Positions 16,882 to 24,098 of a stretch of DNA of 24,786 nucleotides are shown in pieces. The translations under genes and the position numbers were made by a program. The stretch covers positions 1 through 24,786 of IMG/VR virus record IMGVR_UViG_3300021411_000020. One strand, written 5' to 3'. The DNA is from a virus. Its lineage: Duplodnaviria; Caudoviricetes. Position 1 is the stretch's first letter, and each line of letters starts with the position of its first letter. The notes beneath the pieces were generated by a model that was not told where the DNA came from, did no database searches, and saw only the letters and a list, made by a program, of their open reading frames with translations.

Positions 16882-18015
16882 ATGCGCCCGGTAACAGACT
16901 CGTTCTTGTCCGCTGTCCGGGGCTCACACAAGGCTATCTTCAGGGCCCGGATTCTTGCTCCAGGTTTAGTCGGAGTGAATCCGGGCCCGCTTAACACTGA
17001 CGGTTCTCCTCTGAACGAGATCCCTATCTTGTCTGGGGATGTTACGTTTGACACGACAGCGGACGTGAACTCCACTCTGGACCTTACTACCAATATAGCC
17101 TGGCCTGGACTCCCGACCTCGCTCGGTAACCCGTACGGGTCCGAGATCTATGTCGAGCGTGGGGTTCAGTACGCGAACGGTATCAAGGAATACGTCGGGC
17201 TCGGGTACTTTCGTATCGACTCGATCGAGCAGCAGAACGCGCCCAAGGGTACGCTCCGGATCACTGGCTCGGACCGGATGGCCAATATCCGGGACGGGCG
17301 CCGTGCTCAGCCGATCCAGTTCTCGGCAGGCGCATCGGTCGGAGCCGTGATCGATTTCGCCGTAGGCGAAATAGTCCCAGGACTCGTCACCGTGTACGAC
17401 ACGAGCTTGTACACGACCTTCCTCGTAGCGGACGCGGTCATGGACCAGGACCGGATAGGTTTCGTTCAGAACCTCGTAGCCGCGTACGGGAAAGTGGCCT
17501 ACTTCGATTACGCTGGTCGGCTCCAGATCAAGTCCGCACCTTCGCCCACGAGCCAGCCCGTGTACACGATCAACTCCGGGACTAACGGCGTGCTCGTGTC
17601 CATGGACCGAGCCATCTCCCGGGACGGGGTGTACAACGCAGTGGTCGTGACCGGCGAAGCCGCTGGGCAACTTCCCCCGGTTATGGCTACGGCCTACGAT
17701 ACGAATCCTGCTTCCCCTACCAGGTGGGGTGGACCGTTCGGGTACATCCCCGAGTTCTACTCGTCTTCGTTCCTGACGACTTCTGCTCAGTGTCTATCCG
17801 CCGGTAATGCCATTCTCACGAACGCGACCGGGGTCCCGTACTCGGTATCGCTCGGAGCCGTCCCTAACCCGGCTCTCGAAGGTTGGGACGTTATCAACGT
17901 CTCGTACGCGACCAGCGCCAATTCTGAGACGCACATCGTTGACAAGATCTCGTACGGGCTCTCGGTCTCGGGACCGATGGGTATCGATACTCGCAAGCAG
18001 TACATCACTAGCTAA
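16882..18015 (+). CDS. minor tail protein (baseplate hub, DUF5047-like)
   Basis: MRPVTDSFLSAVRGSH, LGYFRI, SRDGVYNAVVVTGE, PNPALE.D. Confidence 0.85.
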   Translation: MRPVTDSFLSAVRGSHKAIFRARILAPGLVGVNPGPLNTDGSPLNEIPILSGDVTFDTTADVNSTLDLTTNIAWPGLPTSLGNPYGSEIYVERGVQYANGIKEYVGLGYFRIDSIEQQNAPKGTLRITGSDRMANIRDGRRAQPIQFSAGASVGAVIDFAVGEIVPGLVTVYDTSLYTTFLVADAVMDQDRIGFVQNLVAAYGKVAYFDYAGRLQIKSAPSPTSQPVYTINSGTNGVLVSMDRAISRDGVYNAVVVTGEAAGQLPPVMATAYDTNPASPTRWGGPFGYIPEFYSSSFLTTSAQCLSAGNAILTNATGVPYSVSLGAVPNPALEGWDVINVSYATSANSETHIVDKISYGLSVSGPMGIDTRKQYITS

Positions 18016-18026
18016 GGACTGAATCC

Positions 18027-18716
18027 ATGGACGCAGCGGGAATCGCTCAGCTTCTCACGGCCGGTATCGCTCCGCCTGTCGGCTCCGCTGACATGGGATT
18101 TCACACTGGCGTTATCAAGTCCTGGGATGAGTCCTCGGGTGTGAACGTGGTCACTGTTCAGGGCGTGGACTTCTCTAACCTTGGATGCGTCCAGGGTGGT
18201 ATCGGGGTCTTGTACCAGTCCGGCGACGTAGTCGCCGTGATGCGGTTTCAGACTCGGTACTTTGTCTTCGGTAAGATCGCGGCCCCGGGTGCTGGTGCGG
18301 CGAATCAGATTCGGTCTGCTTCGGTCACGACCACAGTCGCTAACGTGCCTCCTCAGGGGTACGGAGACCTCCCCGGGTCCGCTGGACCTACACTTACCAA
18401 CGTGTATATCGGTTCTTCACGTAGGTGTCTTGTTATGGTATCCGCCCAGATGAACGCCAATAACGCGGCAGGGTTCGTGAGCGTCTCTGTTACGGGTGAC
18501 TCCACTGTTTCTCCCGGTGGCATCCGGACCGGCCAGGTGGGTGGTGTTGGGGGGACAACCACGGTACAGGGCAGCGGTGTAGGGATATTCACCCTTACGT
18601 CCGCAGACGGCCTTAATTCGGGATTCCATACGTTCACCTCTAAATATGCGGTCTCGGTCGGGACCGGAAGTGGTGTGGATTTCTACAATAGGTGCCTCAC
18701 CGTAATCCCATTCTAA
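18027..18716 (+). CDS. minor tail protein
   Basis: OB-fold-like N-terminus (GDVVAV..FVFGKI) plus beta-rich C-domain; synteny. Confidence 0.75.
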   Translation: MDAAGIAQLLTAGIAPPVGSADMGFHTGVIKSWDESSGVNVVTVQGVDFSNLGCVQGGIGVLYQSGDVVAVMRFQTRYFVFGKIAAPGAGAANQIRSASVTTTVANVPPQGYGDLPGSAGPTLTNVYIGSSRRCLVMVSAQMNANNAAGFVSVSVTGDSTVSPGGIRTGQVGGVGGTTTVQGSGVGIFTLTSADGLNSGFHTFTSKYAVSVGTGSGVDFYNRCLTVIPF

Positions 18717-18725
18717 GGAGTCCAA

Positions 18726-19307
18726 GTGCCTCAGACACCGATTTACAGTCTTCGATACCCAGCCTTGACCGATCAGCCGAACGGCCCTGCTCAGATCGGG
18801 AACCTAGCCGCTGACACGGAAGCGGGCTTGGTCGCGGTCAACGGAGCCGCGTCCGCAGGCGTGGCCGCTGCCGCTGTCGTGGTCGGTGGCAAGCGCTACG
18901 TCACAGGCACGGCCCTCGCTACGACCTCGTCCGGTACCGAGATATTGACCGCCACAGACACGGGCGCGATTAACTACGTCAACGGCCAGGTGTACGAAGT
19001 CGAGTGGTCGTTCTATCACCAGCTCTCGATCGGCACGGACGTGTTCAAAGTCCGGATCCGGCTGACGAACACGGCCGGTACGATCCAGGTCGAGGACGAT
19101 CTCCAGAACGAGCCGATCAACCAGCCACTGGTCAAGGTGTACAAGTTCCTGTACAAGCCCACAGTCACGGGCGCGGCCACGTTCGTAGGGACGATGTCCC
19201 GCGTGTCCGGTACCGGTGGCCTGGACTCGAAGGCGTCCGCTGGCGGGCTCTCGTACTTTAAGGTGACCAAGCTAGGCGTTGCCTCGACCACGATCACGGA
19301 CGTATAA
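18726..19307 (+). CDS. minor tail / fibre protein
   Basis: RBS AAGGAG; TP.YSLRYP..TD.P....I.NLA N-terminus typical of actinophage fibres. Confidence 0.75.
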   Translation: MPQTPIYSLRYPALTDQPNGPAQIGNLAADTEAGLVAVNGAASAGVAAAAVVVGGKRYVTGTALATTSSGTEILTATDTGAINYVNGQVYEVEWSFYHQLSIGTDVFKVRIRLTNTAGTIQVEDDLQNEPINQPLVKVYKFLYKPTVTGAATFVGTMSRVSGTGGLDSKASAGGLSYFKVTKLGVASTTITDV

Positions 19308-19327
19308 CCCCTACTAGGAGAGCACCT

Positions 19328-19645
19328 ATGACAGACGTAATCGGTGCCCTCGCGCAATTGGGCCCGGTCGGGATCGTACTTATCATCTTGATCGTGGTCG
19401 GGTACCAATGGCGCCAATCCAGCAAGGGTTATTCCACGGAACTAGCCAGGATCACGGCCTGGTACAAGGGTGAGTTGGACCGGTTGGACGATGACCGGGA
19501 CTCGGGATTCGCCTCGCTCAAGGAAGAGATCGCGGGTCTCAAGCTCGAAATACGGGCGCTGAGACAAGATCTGGATATAGAGCGTGCCGCTCGGCGCGTA
19601 GCCGAGGAAGAGGCTCACCAGCTCAGGACTAGGACGAACCTATGA
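19328..19645 (+). CDS. single-TM coiled-coil membrane protein (lysis-associated)
   Basis: N-terminal TM, then heptad-rich charged region; RBS AGGAG. Confidence 0.7.
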   Translation: MTDVIGALAQLGPVGIVLIILIVVGYQWRQSSKGYSTELARITAWYKGELDRLDDDRDSGFASLKEEIAGLKLEIRALRQDLDIERAARRVAEEEAHQLRTRTNL

Positions 19646-20316
19646 ACAACACACTCCCCATTCCTCCTCCCGCACCCTTGATCAAGCCACCCCCCTCGCG
19701 TGCACGCCTGACCTGGGCTGCGCTCGTGATCGGGGTCCTAGCCCTGATCGGGGTCACCCTTCAGGGCTTCGCCCTTCAGAAGACGGCGGATACCGCGAAG
19801 GGTGCCGCGACCGCGTCCCAGAACCAAGCGCAGTCGCTGTCCCAGCAAGTCACGGACGCGTGCGCGAAGGGGGGCACGGCCGCTGCTGAACTCGGGCCCG
19901 CGTGCGCGAACGCAGCTGGGATCAAGGCCACCCCGCAACCGGCTCCGGTAAACGGTGCTATCGGGCCCCAGGGCCTGCCCGGTCCGCAAGGGGTCAAGGG
20001 CGATCCCGGTATCCAGGGTCTTCCCGGGCTCGTAGGCGCGCACGGCGATCCTGGCCCTGTAGGGCCCCCGGGAGCGACCGGGGCTACCGGTCCGAAGGGA
20101 GACACCGGAGCCACGGGTAAGGCTGGCACAGACGGCTCTCAGGGCCCGCAAGGGACACCTGGTGCGGCAGGGCCTCCGGGCGCTACCGGGTCCACGGGCT
20201 CGACCGGCCCCCAAGGGCCACCTCCCGCCTCCTGGATGTGGACTGACACGCTCGGGACCCACACCTGTACCCGATCGAATACAGATGACTCGGCTCCGAC
20301 CTACGACTGCACGTGA
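19642..20316 (+). CDS. membrane-anchored collagen-like protein
   Basis: TM helix, Cys pair, long Gly-X-Y tract, C-terminal TCTR..YDCT. Confidence 0.8.
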   Translation: MNNTLPIPPPAPLIKPPPSRARLTWAALVIGVLALIGVTLQGFALQKTADTAKGAATASQNQAQSLSQQVTDACAKGGTAAAELGPACANAAGIKATPQPAPVNGAIGPQGLPGPQGVKGDPGIQGLPGLVGAHGDPGPVGPPGATGATGPKGDTGATGKAGTDGSQGPQGTPGAAGPPGATGSTGSTGPQGPPPASWMWTDTLGTHTCTRSNTDDSAPTYDCT

Positions 20317-20322
20317 GGAACC

Positions 20323-21234
20323 ATGACAGAGCTATTCGTAGACTACAGTGCAGGTAAGCTGACCTCGTCCGCGATCCGGGCAGCGAACTTCCAAGGCGCA
20401 CCGATCACGGGCGTTATCCGATACATCGACCACCCAAGCCTGCTCGGGACCAAGCACACGAGCGTGGCCGAATACACGGACCTGGTCTCGGCTGGTATTA
20501 AGGTACAGCTTGTGTTCGAGGTCGGTACCAATGACAGCGCTGGCGGGTACGCGGCGGGGGTCTCGTACGCTCAGCGGGCCAAGGCCGGAGCGGACCTGCT
20601 CGGGTACACGGGCGTGATCTTCTTTTGCAACGACTCACCCACACTCTCGTCCGTGGTGAACTGGCAAGCTTACCTAACCGGAGCGGTCTCGGTCCTGGGC
20701 AAGTCCCGGGTCGGAGCCTACGGGTTCCGGAACGCGATCGATTCCGCGTGGGGGCTCGTGTCCGCGTACTGGCAGTGTGGCGCGCTATCGGCCGTTCGCT
20801 CGGGCGTGAACTCGTACCAGTGGAACAACGGGAACATGTCCATTGCCGGTATCGTGTGCGACGTCAACTACGTGTACTCGTACTACACCCCTGCCGGACC
20901 AGGACCAAGCCCTATCTCAGGCTCTAGTGAAGACCCTTCGGAGGAATACACCGTGCAGATCCCAGCGGGAACGAACGTTCGACAGGCTATCCCGTGCGAT
21001 GGCAAGACCAAGATCTGTTTCCAAGCCGGATTTGGGCAGCCGATCGATGGGCACGTCTGGTTCATCGGCGATACCAAGCCCGGAGCCGGACCTCAGTATC
21101 TGGGGAGCTCCCCCCAGCTCGTGCACATCGATTCGGACAAGCCCGGTCCGGTCACGGTCCCGGACAACTGTCGCGTGGTCCAGGTCGAGCTGACGTGCGC
21201 GGTACCGTTCACGGCTTGGTGCGCGACCTCGTAG
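20323..21234 (+). CDS. endolysin, DUF1906 (GH25-like) catalytic domain plus C-terminal domain
   Basis: VDYS, GVIRYI, LVFE, IFFCND, GAYG, YWQ, CDVN motifs; Pro/Ser linker. Confidence 0.85.
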   Translation: MTELFVDYSAGKLTSSAIRAANFQGAPITGVIRYIDHPSLLGTKHTSVAEYTDLVSAGIKVQLVFEVGTNDSAGGYAAGVSYAQRAKAGADLLGYTGVIFFCNDSPTLSSVVNWQAYLTGAVSVLGKSRVGAYGFRNAIDSAWGLVSAYWQCGALSAVRSGVNSYQWNNGNMSIAGIVCDVNYVYSYYTPAGPGPSPISGSSEDPSEEYTVQIPAGTNVRQAIPCDGKTKICFQAGFGQPIDGHVWFIGDTKPGAGPQYLGSSPQLVHIDSDKPGPVTVPDNCRVVQVELTCAVPFTAWCATS

Positions 21235-21235
21235 A

Positions 21236-21612
21236 GTGAAGATCCTACCAGTTGCACATGCAATCGAGTAAGGAATCGATCTGGTCCTTGCTCCCGGTAG
21301 CGGACCCGTGTGACGCGTCAGCGGCTAAGCGGGGGAGCGTCAGGGTTACTATTCAAGGTCGATATCATGATCCCGTCACCGTACGGAGTCCTTCGGCCTG
21401 GCGGCCTAGTCCTCCGAGTGGAAGCGGATACATGGACTCGTACTTGTTCTAAGAGTCTGAAAATAAGACTTAGCAGGTCAGAGCCTGTTTCTGGTGGGAA
21501 ATCGAAGCGGATAATCGTGATCATAGGTATATGCCCGTTCCGGCATAAGCCCTGGTCAGAGGTGGTATCTAAACGACACTAAGTCTTTGACCTGTCACAG
21601 TAGGAAGGTCAC
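21236..21612 (+). ncRNA. candidate large structured non-coding RNA, family not recognised
   Basis: No credible ORF; nested helices found by eye (see findings); several G-U pairs favour the + strand. Confidence 0.55.
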
Positions 21613-21614
21613 GC

Positions 21615-21869
21615 TCAGTATCCGAGGGAGTGGGCAAAGTCCACGACCGAGGTACCGACCGGAACCGAGACCTGAACGTACGCGCCCAGGTCGTCTCCCA
21701 GGCTCTCACCGAAGAACACGGCCTCGGTCATGGTCTCGGCCGAGATGAAGTACTTACCGTCCGAGTCAATGACCAGAATCTCGTCTCCGCCCGCGTGAAC
21801 GATCTTGTTCACGTCGGCGTGGCCGTTGATCCGGCTGTGGCTGCTGGTGGGGGTGCTGTGGTCGCTCAT
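21615..21869 (-). CDS. hypothetical protein (84 aa), leaderless
   Basis: Phage-like codon usage on the - strand; own promoter 6 nt upstream of the ATG. Confidence 0.75.
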   Translation of the reverse strand: MSDHSTPTSSHSRINGHADVNKIVHAGGDEILVIDSDGKYFISAETMTEAVFFGESLGDDLGAYVQVSVPVGTSVVDFAHSLGY

Positions 21870-21875
21870 ATGAAA

Positions 21876-21904
21876 ACCTTAACCCGATCGTCTACCCTTG
21901 TCAA
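21876..21904 (-). promoter_or_regulatory. SigA/HrdB-type promoter, leaderless transcript
   Basis: On the - strand: TTGACA (21904-21899), 17 nt, TAAGGT (21881-21876). Confidence 0.78.
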
Positions 21905-21913
21905 GGGAGTTCC

Positions 21914-22141
21914 ATGAACAAGCTTCTCGTCCTTGTCCCCCAGTTCAAGAAGGCACTGGCCGCGCTCGTTGCCGCGATCGTGTCCGCAGGCGGTATCGCG
22001 GTTCTGTTCCCGGGTCTGTCCGGCAGCCTGGCCGCGACCATCACCGGGGCCGTGTCCCTGCTCGCTGTCGTGCTCGCACCCAAGAACAAGGTCGAGGCCC
22101 CCGGACTCGCTCCGGATCAGCCCACGAACCCCGGTTCGTAA
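21914..22141 (+). CDS. holin (2 TM)
   Basis: KKALAALVAA..; two hydrophobic helices, PKNK tail; RBS AAGGGAG; near the endolysin. Confidence 0.7.
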   Translation: MNKLLVLVPQFKKALAALVAAIVSAGGIAVLFPGLSGSLAATITGAVSLLAVVLAPKNKVEAPGLAPDQPTNPGS

Positions 22142-22181
22142 TCTCGGACCGGTTCCCTAACCGAACCCTTGGAGGTTTCAG

Positions 22182-22448
22182 GTGTGGGAAGCAGTGATCG
22201 TAGAGTTTGTTCGCGATGCTCTGCGACGTATCGAAAGGTTGGAACACCGAATGTCCCAGACCGATGACGCTATCGCGGCTATCGCCGCTTCCGTGAACAA
22301 GGTTGCTACTGACGTAGCCACGCTCCAGAGCGAGGTTGCGAACAGTGGGGACTCGGCTACCGCTGCGAAGCTCCAGCCGATCCTGGACCAGCTCAACGCC
22401 CTGGACGCGCTGACCCCGGACCCGGTTGAGGTTCCTCCGGCTTCGTAG
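22182..22448 (+). CDS. coiled-coil hypothetical protein
   Basis: GTG start with RBS GGAGG; alternative ATG at 22251. Confidence 0.65.
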   Translation: MWEAVIVEFVRDALRRIERLEHRMSQTDDAIAAIAASVNKVATDVATLQSEVANSGDSATAAKLQPILDQLNALDALTPDPVEVPPAS

Positions 22449-22453
22449 ATACA

Positions 22454-22492
22454 AGAAAGGCCCCGTACTCGCGATGAGTACGGGGCCTTTCT
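22454..22492. terminator. bidirectional intrinsic terminator
   Basis: 17-bp perfect stem AGAAAGGCCCCGTACTC-GCGAT-GAGTACGGGGCCTTTCT between convergent genes. Confidence 0.92.
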
Positions 22493-22496
22493 ATGT

Positions 22497-22634
22497 CTAG
22501 TCCTTTTTCTCGATAGCCTTGCGGAGACGCTCGTTCGCGTCCTTCTCTTCTCGGTTCAGCCTGTTGATCCGTTCCTCATCCTCGCGGACCTTACGCTGAG
22601 CCTCTTTGTCGTCCTTGGCGTTGTGACGGGCCAT
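22497..22634 (-). CDS. small charged hypothetical protein (45 aa)
   Basis: MARHNAKDDKEAQ..; RBS GAGAGAGG about 8 nt upstream. Confidence 0.6.
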   Translation of the reverse strand: MARHNAKDDKEAQRKVREDEERINRLNREEKDANERLRKAIEKKD

Positions 22635-22636
22635 GA

Positions 22637-23026
22637 TCATAACCTCTCTCCGCTGGTTGGTCCCCAGACAGTAGCATGGCACGAGCAGGTAGCGCAATGA
22701 CCCGAGCCAGGGATCCAGGACGGAGCCGACTCGTGCTGAGCCCGGTCATCGATATAGCTAGCGACCAGGATCTTCCCGGTTACGATGAACTTAAACGGGA
22801 TCGCGTACTCGTTGAGCGCTGCCTCGATCGCGGCATAGTCCGTGCTTGGCCTGGCGGTGTGCACGATAATCTTGTACCCAGCCTCGTACGTTTGCCGGGC
22901 CTTGACTACGTTCTCCCAGATCGGCTCTCCGATGTCTGAGGTCGGGTTCTCGATTGACCACAAGGACCGGAACAGGGTTCCGTCAAAGTCAACGCCTAGC
23001 CACTTGAGCGGTTCGGAGAAGGTCAC
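22637..23026 (-). CDS. HAD-superfamily phosphatase (PNKP phosphatase-like)
   Basis: GVDFDGTL (motif I), HTAR (II), GK, YIDDRA (IV). Confidence 0.8.
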   Translation of the reverse strand: MTFSEPLKWLGVDFDGTLFRSLWSIENPTSDIGEPIWENVVKARQTYEAGYKIIVHTARPSTDYAAIEAALNEYAIPFKFIVTGKILVASYIDDRAQHESAPSWIPGSGHCATCSCHATVWGPTSGERL

Positions 23027-23051
23027 GGCACACGCTCCCAGACCGGTTCCG

Positions 23052-23168
23052 CTACTTCCACGTGGCCAGTCCTCTTGGGCTCAGCCTGCGCATCCCAGCA
23101 CCCGACCAGCAGAGTACGCCTCGGTACATAGGCTCGTCCTGGATGTAGTTACGCGTGGTACTACTCAC
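23052..23168 (-). CDS. small hypothetical protein (38 aa)
   Basis: GTG overlapping the upstream stop; fills the gap in the - strand operon. Confidence 0.35.
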   Translation of the reverse strand: MSSTTRNYIQDEPMYRGVLCWSGAGMRRLSPRGLATWK

Positions 23169-23709
23169 TCTCGCCTCGCTCTTCCGTGGTCTCGAACCCG
23201 CACGCGGCGTAGCCCGCGAGGTCGACCCAGTTATCACGCTTATCCGGGCTAGCGATCAGGCGCGCCATCTTGAGCTGGATCATGATCATAGCAACGTCAG
23301 TAGCCGTGAACCTTTCCTTGAGCTTGTGCCCGAACTGGACGTTGAGAAGATCCGCCGTGTTCTGGAAGTTCTGGGTTGGGGTTCCGTACGAAGCGTTCCT
23401 GTCGCCTGTGATCAGGGACTCGGCCTCTTGCAAGACCTTGGCCCGGGGTGAGTCCGAGGGAAGGTTGTCGTTCTTGTACCCTTCGTGCACGGCTTCGAGG
23501 TTGTGGTAAGAACAAGCCTTCGTCCGAGCCACGCCATCGAACTTGACCGAACACGCGGCCTCGCCCACTTCTTGGACGGTTCCCGGGGTTCGCATCATGA
23601 ACAGGCCCCGGTCCCGGAACACGTCCTGAGACCCGCGCTGGCCGATGAACCGGACTCGGTCACCGACCTTGAACGGCTTATCGAACTGGCCTTCCGATGA
23701 CTTGATCAT
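23161..23709 (-). CDS. DUF6378-like protein with N-terminal SH3/KOW-like domain
   Basis: LQEAESLITGDRNASYG.P..NF, LKMARL, DNWVDLAGYAA; N-terminal FKVGDRVR. Confidence 0.78.
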   Translation of the reverse strand: MIKSSEGQFDKPFKVGDRVRFIGQRGSQDVFRDRGLFMMRTPGTVQEVGEAACSVKFDGVARTKACSYHNLEAVHEGYKNDNLPSDSPRAKVLQEAESLITGDRNASYGTPTQNFQNTADLLNVQFGHKLKERFTATDVAMIMIQLKMARLIASPDKRDNWVDLAGYAACGFETTEERGESE

Positions 23710-23712
23710 TCC

Positions 23713-23913
23713 TTAGCCTCCGATCGCGGATATGGTAAACGCGAGCGCTCCCCAAAACATGACCCCGGACACGAGTCCGAGAATGACCCGGGCCACGCCC
23801 ATCTGTGCCCGGGTGGATCCCTCGACCCTGCGACTGCACGCGGCCAGTAGGAAAATCGAGCCCGCTACCCAGAGCACGAGCGCGACTATGGATTGTGCGA
23901 GTACCCCGATCAT
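23713..23913 (-). CDS. small membrane protein
   Basis: Two hydrophobic helices; ATGA overlap. Confidence 0.65.
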   Translation of the reverse strand: MIGVLAQSIVALVLWVAGSIFLLAACSRRVEGSTRAQMGVARVILGLVSGVMFWGALAFTISAIGG

Positions 23914-24098
23914 TTCTTGAGCGCCTTCCTGAGTTGCTTCCGACCCTTGTCCGTGAGCTGGATTTCCACGAACTGGTGTGTGACCGAGTCCGTGACGTCA
24001 AGCCAGAACTCTTCCCGATAATCGTCCTGGTTGTGAAACCGGGTCACGATCAGGTCGTCGCTGTGGCCAACCTCGATCGCGGTTGTATTTGAACCCAT
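23910..24098 (-). CDS. hypothetical protein (62 aa)
   Basis: ATG coupled to the polymerase stop (TAATG); MGSNTTAIEVGH.. Confidence 0.65.
   Translation of the reverse strand: MGSNTTAIEVGHSDDLIVTRFHNQDDYREEFWLDVTDSVTHQFVEIQLTDKGRKQLRKALKK

Noticed and set aside
5370-17670. Long antisense ORFs (e.g. 5370..6158, 8202..9014, 15410..16105, 16966..17670)
   Set aside because: Shadow frames of GC-rich genes with well-supported + strand products.
19950-20225. Repetitive GC-rich DNA
   Set aside because: Explained by Gly-X-Y collagen coding.
21504-21531. dif/Xer-like site (GAAGCGGATAA-6-TCATAGGTATA) and a GAAGCGGATA repeat at 21421/21504
   Set aside because: Only the XerC-like arm resembles dif; the XerD arm is poor, no integrase is in the window, and two copies do not make an iteron array. 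An origin or att role is not fully excluded.
21252-21582. Short ORFs 21252..21452, 21310..21582 (+) and 21318..21524 (-)
   Set aside because: They overlap each other, have no convincing RBS and atypical codon usage; RNA structure explains the region better.
21236-21612. tmRNA, RNase P RNA, group I intron or tRNA identity
   Set aside because: No tRNA-like ends or T-arm, no GAGGAAAGUCC, no clear P/Q/R/S elements, and no interrupted gene.
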